64,000 bases of DNA from the NCBI RefSeq assembly GCF_009914755.1, contig NC_060931.1; one strand, 5' to 3'. Shown here piece by piece: positions 54,150 to 64,000 of this stretch. The stretch's first letter is position 1; every line of letters starts with the position of its first letter. This DNA is from the human T2T-CHM13v2.0 reference genome, Homo sapiens. The notes under the pieces were generated by a model, which saw only the letters and a list, made by a program, of their open reading frames with translations, ran no database searches and was not told the DNA's origin. The position numbers and the translations under genes were made by a program.

Positions 54150-56000
54150 TGATTTTTTTAAAACAAGTTTATGGAGGTATAATCGACATTCAAAAAATCT
54201 GCACATAATAAAGGGTAAAATTAATTAGTTTGTATATATTTATAACCCATGAAACTATCAAAATTAACATAATGAGTAATAACTTAATTTCAATAGTATT
54301 CAAACACTCTACTTCTATCATCTGTGTCCTTCTCCCTTTATATTGTTATTGTCACATATTACATATTTATACATTGTGTGGTCATTACAGATTCATAATT
54401 ATTGTTTTATGCATTTGCCTTTTAAATCACATAGGAAAAAAAAGAGGAGTTATAAACCCAAAGTACAATGATATTAGCTTTTGTACTTATCTATGTATTT
54501 ACTTTTACTAGTGTTCTTTGTTTCTTCATACAGCTTTGAATTACTGTTGGTTGTTCTTGAATTTCAGCCTGCAGGACTGCCTTTAGGATTTCTTGTAGGG
54601 TAAGTGTACTGGTAACAAAACCTCTTAGCTTTTGTGCATCTGGTACTGTCTTAATATCTCCCTCTTTCTTAAAGGATACAGTAATTTTGCCAGATATAAA
54701 TTTCTTGGTTGACAGGCTTTTGGTTGTTGTTTCCCCAGCACTTTATCATCCTGTTGCCTTCTGGACTCCATGATTTCTGATGAGAAATCAGCTGTTAATC
54801 TCATTAAAGATCCTTTGTACATGAAAAGTCATTTTTGTTGTTGTTGTTTTCAAGACTGTCTACATAATTTGACTACAATATGTCTTGGTGTCAATCTCTT
54901 TGAGTCCATCTTGCTTGATGTTTGTTGAGCCATTTTGATGTATATGTCCATGTCTTTCATCAAATTTGAGGAGTTTTGAGCCATTACATCTTCAAATATA
55001 TTTTTCTCCTCTTTTCTCTCCCTCTATTCTCCTTCTGGGACTCCCATGATGCAAATTTTGGTAAGTTTGATGCCATCTCACTGGTTCCTCAGATTTTGTT
55101 CATTTTTCTCTTTCTGCTGCTCAGACTGGATAACTTCCATTGTCTCATCTTCAAGTTTTCTGATTATTTCCTCTGCCTTCCTGCCAAAATCTTCCATTGC
55201 ACCCCTCTAGTGAAATTTTCATTTCAGCTATTGTGCTTTTCTGCTTCAGAATTTCTACTTGGTTCCTTTTTAAAATTTATTTTTCTTTATTGACATTCCC
55301 TAATTGTTCATACATTGTTCTGACAATTTACTTCTTTTGTTGATGGTTTTCTTTAGTCACTGAGCATATTTAAGACAGCTGACATCTATCACTAATAAAT
55401 TTTAATATCTGAACTTCCTCAGGGATAGTGTCAAATTCTTTTTTTCCCTGTGAATAATCCACATTTTCTTATTTTTTAAAATTTATCATTTTCTCTTCTT
55501 TTTAAGGCTAATTAAGTGAAGAAGTGAAAGTTTGTTTCTTTTTATGCTTTTCGATTTTATTGTTGTTGCAAACTGGACATTTTCAGTAATGTAAAGTGGT
55601 AACTCTGGAAATCAGATTTTCCTCATCCTCAGAAGCTATTTTTTTGCTTGTTGCAAGCTGTATTAATCTGTTTGTATGATGAACTTTCCAAACTATTTTT
55701 GCAAAGTCTGTATTCCTTAGGGTGTGGTAACTGAAGTCCCATTGTCCTTTGTCTCTGCAATCAGCCTGTGGTCTGAAAGAGGTTCCTGCATATCCCAAAT
55801 TTCAGTAGGCTCTCTCTTCCTCAATCACTCCCCCAGTTGCTGTGTCTGATTAGGTCCCAGAGTTCTGGAATAGCTGATTCTTGTCATTTGTCCCCCAGGT
55901 TACAGGTTGTTTCAGTAGAGAAATGAAACCCTGGAGGATTCCACTTGGCCATTTTCCATGATGACACATTCCATCAGTCAGTGTTTTTTTTAACAACCTT
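54150..56000 (-). mobile_element. Old L1M 5' region (ORF1 remnant)
   Basis: ORF 54625-54822 (YKGSLMRLTADFSSEIMESRRQ...CQPRNLYLAKL) is degenerate L1 ORF1p; T-rich plus strand. Confidence 0.8.
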
Positions 56001-56069
56001 TGCACTGATGGCTGGATTTTTCTTGGGAACTGTCCCTTAATCAATGGGACCTCTCAGCTTCTCCACTTG

Positions 56070-58000
56070 CAGAGCTATAGGATGTATCTTCAACTTATCA
56101 TGGTCTACCTTCAAGTAATATTATGCCACTTCATGAATAGTATAAGAATCTTACAGTTACATACTTCTATTTCTCCCCTCCATTCTTTTATGCTACTATT
56201 GTCATATATTTTACTTTAAAATTCCACATATCATCAATATTTTAAAAGTCATTTATTAAAAATATAACAATAAGAAAATATATGTATATATTTATTCAAA
56301 TACTTATAATGTTCATTGCTCCTCATTCCTTTATGTAGATATGTGTTTTCATATGGTAACAGTTTTCTTCTGTCTGAAGGACTTTCATTAACATTTCTTA
56401 TAGTTCAGGTCTATAGTTCAGGTCTGCGCCTGCCACCGCGCCTGGCTAAACTCTTTCAGCTTTTATATATCTGTAAAGGTTTTTATTTCCCATTTATTTT
56501 TATAGATAGTTTTGTTGCTAAAGAATTATAGCTTTATAGCATTTTTTTCTTTTAGTACCTTAAAGATGTGCTCCGTTTTCTTTTTGCTTTCATTATTTGT
56601 GATAAGGAATCTACTGGTATTCTTATTTTTATTCATGTGTTTTTTCCTCTGGTTTTTAATAAGATTTTTTTTTGCAGTGGTTTTGGCTGATTACAGGGTA
56701 TTTTTATCTAGTTTTCTTCATGTTTCTTGTGTTTTGAGTTTGTTAAGCTTATTGAATTTGTATAGTTTTTTTTTTTAAAGTAAAAGTGCTAAAATTCCTA
56801 GAAATTATTTTTTCGAATTGTTTTCATATCCTCCCTCTCTCTTCTTTCCTTTTAGGACTCTCATTACTTGTATATTAAAATAATTGAAGTTGTCCCGCAT
56901 TCTACTAATGCATTTTTTTCATAGTTAGAAACCCTTTCCTTTCCCATGTTTCATTTTGGATATTTTCTATTGGTACATCTTTGTTTACTGATCTTTTCTT
57001 CTGTAGCGTCCAAATCTGCTCTTAATCTTTAGCAGTGTATTTTAAATCTCAGATAATGTAATTATGTCTAGAAATTTCATTTGGGTCTCTTTTATATTTT
57101 TCATGTCTTTAACTCTTTGAACATCTGGAATATAAATAACTATTTGAATATTTTGGAAATGCGAACATCTATGTCAATTCTGGGTTAGTTTCAGATGGCT
57201 AATTTTTTCCTTTTGTCATATTTTCCTGCTTCTTTGCATGCCTGTACATTGGATGTCAAATGTTGTGAATGTTTCTTTTTGCATGCTAGGTGAATTTATA
57301 TTCCTCTGTATCCTTGGGCTTTGTTTAGAGATAAGATTCAATTATTTGGAAACAATTTTGTCTTTTCAGCTCTTGCTTTTATGATTAGGCAGTCTTAGGG
57401 CAACATTTAGTCTACGGTTAATTACTCCTCATAGGTGAGTCAAGACCCAATTCAGTGCCTCACGAATTATGAGGTTTTTCAGTGTGATGAGTGGTAACAG
57501 GCACAATTCTCAGTCCTTTGTGAGCACTGGACACTGTCCCTTAGATCATTTTGGATGGCTCTTTCTCCAGTCTCAAGTAGTTTCTTCACATACGTAAACT
57601 GCTCAGTACTTTATTGAATACTTAAGAGGAAGTAGCTGCAGATTTGTGGGATTACTTTTCTGTATGGTTCTCCCCTCTGTGATACTCATCTCTTGTAAGC
57701 TCTAGCTGCCTCTATTTCCCAAACTTTCAGCTCTGTCTCAACTCAGGAACTTCTTAGGAATTCCTAAATTAGCACTCCCTGAATCACTATCTGGAAACTC
57801 TCTGAAGTCTATAAAATGAAGAGATTAAAGGGCTTATATCATTTGCTTTCCATCTCTCAGGAATCACTGCCTTTTTTGCCCCCGCCAAGGTCCTGTGTCT
57901 TAACAATCATTGTTTTATATATACATGTTTTAGGTTTTTTTAAAAAAAATCTGGTGGGAGGGCGAATCTGGCCTGTTAGTCCATTTTGGAAGCAGAAGTC
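56070..58000 (-). mobile_element. Second old L1M 5'/ORF1 fragment
   Basis: TTCTGTCTGAAGGACTTTCATTAACATTTCTTATAG...TGATAAGGAATCTACTG...; T-rich antisense L1M signature. Confidence 0.7.
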
Positions 58001-58146
58001 TTAATTTTTTTTTAAATTCCTACCTTATCAGGGACCCCATTTAGTCTCTGCCTGCTCTAATAGTCAACTCTTTCTTTACCTCCTGATTTTGAAAGTCTAA
58101 CTTAACTTTAGTTAAAAATAGCATTCACACCAACTACTTATAGGAT

Positions 58147-58196
58147 CCAGAAAAAATAAACAAATGAACTACATTTCTTCATTTTTATTCTGTACA
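58147..58196 (-). terminator. Cleavage/polyadenylation site
   Basis: On the minus strand: TGTA (in TGTACA, 58191-58196), then AATAAA (TTTATT at 58184-58189), then ~20 nt later a U/GU-rich downstream element TTTGTTTATTTTTTC (~58164-58150). Confidence 0.75.
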
Positions 58197-60301
58197 TTTC
58201 CACACAATTCACAATACAGAAAAAGTGTCCAAAAAGTAACTGTAACTAGTCAATTTCTTTTTCAGAGATTAGTTCAGTCTCCCAAATTAACTCCATTGAA
58301 AATCTCTGTAGCGCAACACAGTGATCAAGATACTTTATATAAATAGGAAATGCAAGAAAATTAGGGAAAAATACTTTATGACTTTGTTACAAAAAACTTC
58401 ATTCTTCCCTTTCCCATCCCACCCCCCACCCCCCCACCCACCCTCCCTCCACTTCGTATTATCTGAATCCTCCTTTACCTGGAAATAAAACTTTAATCTT
58501 TCTACTGCCACAGCTGCTACTTGTTTATGGATTCCACCTGCCAGCTGGCAGCTTTGCAAAAGCATGGCTCTGGGATGTGATAGGGCAGAATCAGAAATCA
58601 TGAAAAAGCCCTTTATAATGTGACTGCAACTCTTCATACAGATGTAGCCTTTGCGAGTGGAATACCCACAGCCAAGGGTACCCTGGATGCCTGGGAACGT
58701 TTTCCCACTCAGAAATCAAATTAAATCAAATATATTCATTCTTTTAGAACCGAGATTGTCCTCTATTCCTTAGTTTTTCACAAGAATGGTTTTCCTCAGT
58801 TTCAGTCAGTGGTGGTCTGTATAATATTCAGATTCATGGTTGCCCACTTAACTATTGGTAATTTTAAAAAACAGCCAAGCTAACCTTTGCTGAGACTATT
58901 TTGGCCCCTGACTTTTCAAAGATGTGTTTTGCAAAATATTCTGTTGTGTTAGAATATTTTGTCTATGAGAGTTCTAAATCTCCTTCCCCAGGATGGCAAG
59001 AATCCAAACTTTCCCAACTTATAATCGGTAAGTCAGGGAGAGCATCAAAGTTCTACTTGCATTGGAAATTATGCTTGTATGTAATTAGAGTCTCAATCCA
59101 ACCAATGATGGGTGGGGAGAGTGGCGAATAAAAATTCTTTGATCTCCAGAAGATCAGGAGATCAGGAGCCATTTGGTTGCATATAGAAGGTACAACAAAT
59201 ATCAAGGCTAGATGGTATCTTAAAAGTGATAAATCTCACCAACACCTATAAATTTGAAATTACCTATAAATTTGAAACAAAAAATAGGGTAAACTGACAG
59301 GACTATCCTATCTGTATGTGTGTGTTTTATAAGTGAAGAGTAAAGACAATTTGTAAACATATATCTATCATTTTTAAGAGGAAAATGTATATTTAAACCC
59401 AAAATAACAAGGTCACAGTCTCTGAATTTTTAAGTGAATATATTGAGATTTGTGGGAAAAAACCCTAAATATTCCTTATTTTTTTCAAACTTTATCAGGG
59501 ACCAGAACAAGTTTGTGGACAGGCATAATGTATTATAAGAGGTTGGACAAACTCCTTCCAAAAACCACCTCGTCCTTTGGAAAGCTCCATTAAAAAGTTC
59601 TTCTATTAGCTGACCCTACTTCCCCCAAGTTCCACACACAATCTAATTCTTCTATGCTGCATAAACTGAAATTTTCACAACTAATACCCCTTGAAGCCAC
59701 TTTGAACAAATTTAATCTTTCTGTATGTTTCCTGAGTTTGATTTTCAATATCTGCTAACACTATCAGTTGTTTGAGATTACCATGAGAATTTGTGTTACT
59801 ACTAGGGTCTTCTTATTGTACTACTTTTGAGAATCTTTTTTCCTTTCCTCACAACTCTGCCCCTCTTTTATGCCCCCAAACCAGAGGCAAGAAGTAGAAC
59901 AAGAAAGAAGGTGGAGTAGAAGCAGGTCTTTTCTGCAAGACTCTGGATATGGATTCATTTCTTAAAATTACCTCAAGTGACTTCCTCCCTCACCCAGTCA
60001 ACCTGAAATCTAGGAACTCAAGCTGTATTACAGAATTAAGGGATGATGGGCAATTAAAACTGTAATCCACCTAGACAGAAATATGACAGAAACATTAGTC
60101 TACTGATATGGGGTTAAGTCTTGTTTCATGACACAAAGTTATAGAAAGTGCCTCCATGCCTCTGTATTGGCAGAGGATATAGAATTTCCCACCCTCTTCT
60201 CCAGTCCTGACTCTACATCCCAAACAACAAATGGGTAGTAAGTAGGGGAAAGAACACTAAATCCTTTGTTTTCACTTTGACTCCTGAATCTGTGACCTTT
60301 T

Positions 60302-60460
60302 TGCTTTAGTAGAAACATATCTTTTTTAGGAGATTTGGGAATTGGCTAACAATTGGCAAAATTGCTAGCCAATTTCCAAATCTCCTAAATTGGCTAACAA
60401 TTGGCAAAAATGCTAGCCAATTCCCAAATCTCCTAAAAAAGATATGTTTCTACTAAAGCA
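60302..60460. repeat. Perfect 47-bp inverted repeat overlapping a 48-bp tandem duplication
   Basis: 60302-60348 is the exact reverse complement of 60414-60460; 60341-60388 and 60389-60436 are direct copies with 2 mismatches. Confidence 0.97.
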
Positions 60461-63400
60461 TAGGTGTGTTTGTGTAAGCAAGGCAACTTTTTAGGGTCAT
60501 GAAATCCCCGCTGCTAAGTGATTTGGGATATATTTGCAATGATGGAAGCTTTTTTAAAAAATGCCTTCATTGCTATCTAGTTGGCAGGAACCTGGGGGAA
60601 AAAAATAGGCTCAAATTGAGTTCTGTTCCAGTCTAAAATTATAGACATTTAAACCAAGAAAATCTCACAGAGTTTTTCTAGTCCAAGATCTCTCACAATT
60701 AAAGATATGCCTTTGATCTCTGAGTTAGTTGTTCAATCTTCACTTAACTACTAGAAGAAACAGTGATAACAACTTCACTGTTTTTCAGAAAGCCCAAACT
60801 GTTTTTCTGGATGCAATGTTTAGGAAAAATAAATCCTTATAAGTAATAAAGCTAACTCCTTTTCATGTGTTACTGCTCTTTTCTTTCCTTATTTTATTCT
60901 ACAAATCATCTTCCCTGCAGAATTTGAAACTAACAGTCCTACTTAACCTAACTCCTCTACATATTCTTATTCCTAATCCAATTTTGTCTTCTTTCCAGAT
61001 CAAACATCCTCCTTCTACATATTCACCAATCTGCCCATAAATGTCCCTTGTAAAGTATGAGATTCTGAACTGAAGGACATTTCAAGCCTGTTTGTTTTTC
61101 TCTACTTCAAATATGCCGGAATTTCCCATAGGTGTATTAAACCTCTATGTATATGACTATGTATTATCATAACACTTAGCTTGCATACCCACCCATAAAC
61201 TTAGAGCAATAGAGTCTTGGATGTCAGGGCCATTTTTAACATTTTTTGTTGCAGCATTCAGAAATTATATCATCCTAATAGTGACTTCAAAGGAAGAAAA
61301 ATAGGACTAACATTTTTTAAATGCTGAGAATCACAAATAAGTTAAAGAAGCCATTAACGCTCACTGTTAATTTCTTCTCTTGAAATCCACCCTGGTATGC
61401 AAACATTAGACTTTTCTTTGCTTGAACTATGTACAAGCTGACGAGCCTCTCTCCGACAGCAAAAACTCTGACTTTTTGATTTCACATTCTCCCTTATTTC
61501 TAACTCATTCTTTCCGTGGAAACTTAGGTAAACATTTTTTTTTTTTCATGGAGGCATCTTCTATATTATGGAAATCTGAACAATTGATATAAAACATCCT
61601 TGAAGGCAATGATGGAAAATGACTTACTTAGAAAACATGTTAATATGTAATTTCTAAAGACCCAGTTCTGGCTGCAGCACTATCATTTGCTATATGAATC
61701 TGCACAGGCTGAATTCACTGCTCTGAGATTCAGTGCATTCATCTAAAATGTATTATATGCATTATTCACCTCGTTGGGGTTGTTTTGAACCCCAACTGAA
61801 GCTCAAACATGTCAATACATCATAACGCTAAAGCACTTTTTAATTCTTGAAACTGTTCTTAACAAACAGTATAGATTTGAGTTGTTTATACTGTCATAGA
61901 GTGAAAACTATATGTGTGTTTCACTAAAGGTCTGAGGGAAAAGATAATTTCAGTATTTCCCACTATCAAAGCCTCCCATTTCAGAAGGCATTTGGCTCAA
62001 AATATTGAAATTTCAAAAGTTGGGTGAAAACTTGGATCACTATTTTCTTATTTCCATGGGTAGGACCTCCCTTGTGGTTGCCACGCTGGTGGCAGAAGCC
62101 AAAGAGTTTTCCATGATTGCCTTTCATGTACATTTACTTGGCTCCCAAATACCTTACAGGCAGAATTTTCTTCTGTGGTTATACTAGATTACACTTAACT
62201 CTTAGAATATCAAACCACAGCACTTTTTTATATTGGATGGACAGTAAGACAGATTTCTAATAGAATTTTACTTGACAATGACTAAGAATACTGATCAAAA
62301 TTTATAAGCTTCCAGAAGTATTTTTAATTAAATTACACCTTTTAGTATGTTTTCTTTTGACTAGCTCTTAAATTCATGCTTAGTTTAAAATTTTTTAAAT
62401 GATAACTAACGGCCATTCCCCTAGATATTTTTAAAATTCTCAGTTATAAAGCAAAGATTAACAAATCAAAAATCAAGATTTTCATGAGTTTTTAAAATAA
62501 AATCCTGCCATTCAACAAAGCCATTAAAAAATATCTTTTGAAAAATCACAGCATCTAATTTTAGCCCCCTCAAATCACATATTCCTAATCACAACACCCC
62601 TCAGAGTGGTCAGGTATCCTCTGTTTAAATGCTAACAGAGGCTGAAAGTTTATAACTGTGATATCCACTCCACTATTACATATTATTTGTACTTCATCTT
62701 CTTTATATTTAGTCAAAACCCACTGAAAACTCTGCTTATTTTTCCTAGTTCTATCCTGAGAGCTAGAATAAATCAGTCTTAGCTTTCATTTTAATAGTGT
62801 TTCTAAGTCTTGTTTTAAAATCTTAGTTTCAGATACATTTTTAGAAATCTACTATGACTCCAGTAAAATGGAAATGCAAAATATTATTCTCTTCCTACTT
62901 ATGTTTTCATTGAACCAAAACATTGCTGGCTAATGAGTGGCTGGTACAATAAAGCCTTGGTTGAATTTCCAGCCCATGCTGGACACCCTGGGGTTCTCCT
63001 GCACTGCACTTATCACATTGGAATTTGTCTTTTCTTCTAGATGCCAGCTTCATGAAATCAAGAGTTTTGTCTATTACATTCATTGTTATATCCTTAGTAT
63101 GATGCCTGCCTCAGAGTGACAAATATTTTTCAAATAATGATTAAATACATGCACTTATGATTGATTCATGGACATATGATTACATGCATAACTGAATACA
63201 TATGTAAATAGACTCTGGAGTCTATGCATTATGAAGATACCATTCAATTTTCACGTTTCTATTTTAAAATCCATGCTACAAGAGCCTAAGAATTATTTTT
63301 CTGCTTTCTTTCTGGGACCTGGTCAGTAAATCTCAGTGTCCTGGGAGAGGAGGTTGTCCAAGGGCATGACTCTTTTCTTGGTTCTTATTTTCAGGTTTCT

Positions 63401-63689
63401 CATTAAGCTGTGAGGAGACAGTGTAAAACCAAAGATGGCCCTCAGCAGTGTAAAATCTATAACCTAGTCCTCCAGGTGCCGTCAAAGAGGCATGTGGCTT
63501 ACATTGTTGAATGAGGAAGCAGCAGCCGTGATTGTGTACCCTCATGGGACTAAGACAGATATTTGCTAAACCTGATAGATTTTCAGAATCATGCTTGCCA
63601 TAATTCTATAAGATGATCAAGGTCAGTGGACATCCATGTGTCCTTTGAGTAAAAGGTATACTTGTCCCAGAGGGTAATTTCATTTTGAT

Positions 63690-64000
63690 GTATTTTGAGC
63701 ATAATATCTGGGGAAGATTTTTGCAACTGCGTGACAAAATTATTGACAGTAGTAGGCAGAAAGTTCAGGGACAGGACTGCCGCTATGGCCCAAAACTTAG
63801 AGAGACAAGAGATAATGGATGACTGGGGACACAGAAAAGGGTAGGGTCCAAGTCGATCTGACAGACCTGGCAGAGAAGGACCTGTAGGACTTCTAATCAG
63901 CTGAGTATGAGATTCAGAGTGAAAGGAGTTGAGAGATTCAAAGGTGGTTCAATTAAGATGCAGGCAGAAGCCATTTTATATTAAATAAGTGTTAAAGATT
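63690..64000 (-). mobile_element. L2 fragment
   Basis: GGGGAAGATTTTTGCAA...GATAATGGATGACTGG...AGAAGGACCTGTAGGACTT...GAGTTGAGAGATT; degenerate. Confidence 0.4.

Larger units (their letters stand above)
58165..64000 (-). other. DGKI: Distal part of a long 3'UTR, most likely the DGKI terminal exon
   Basis: Strong minus-strand poly(A) site at the left end and a sharp change from L1-dense to largely unique AT-rich sequence. DGKI is, from memory, the same-strand gene ending roughly 37 kb upstream of PTN, which fits the spacing here. No DGKI coding sequence is visible. Confidence 0.72.

Noticed and set aside
58164-63545. Short ORFs in the right-hand unique region as possible DGKI coding exons
   Set aside because: None resembles a diacylglycerol kinase or ankyrin repeat; consistent with UTR noise.

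Overview
Primate (almost certainly human, chr7q33) non-coding genomic DNA with no intact protein-coding exon. I recognise the untranslated first exon and promoter of PTN (pleiotrophin) on the minus strand (~20590-20884, donor GTAAGT at 20589-20584), so 1-20589 is PTN intron 1. A canonical minus-strand poly(A) site at ~58165-58196 and the repeat-poor DNA to its right fit the distal long 3'UTR of the upstream neighbour DGKI; that assignment comes from recalled gene order, not from coding sequence. The rest is interspersed repeats: Alus, L1PA3, L1PA7/8, old L1M, L2, MIR, MER DNA transposons, MaLR LTRs, a MER41B solo LTR, and an ~8.7 kb degenerate MER66-like ERV1 provirus with nested insertions. 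Main leads: (1) a MER41B LTR ~2 kb upstream of PTN that carries an intact STAT1 GAS site and a perfect CArG+ETS serum-response element; (2) a perfect 47-bp inverted repeat enclosing part of a 48-bp tandem duplication in the putative DGKI 3'UTR; (3) a stop-free, AUG-free PTN exon-1 frame that appears to splice in frame to the PTN AUG; (4) a candidate 31-nt cassette exon in PTN intron 1. Gene and repeat names come from memory of mRNA and consensus sequences and were not checked by any search.
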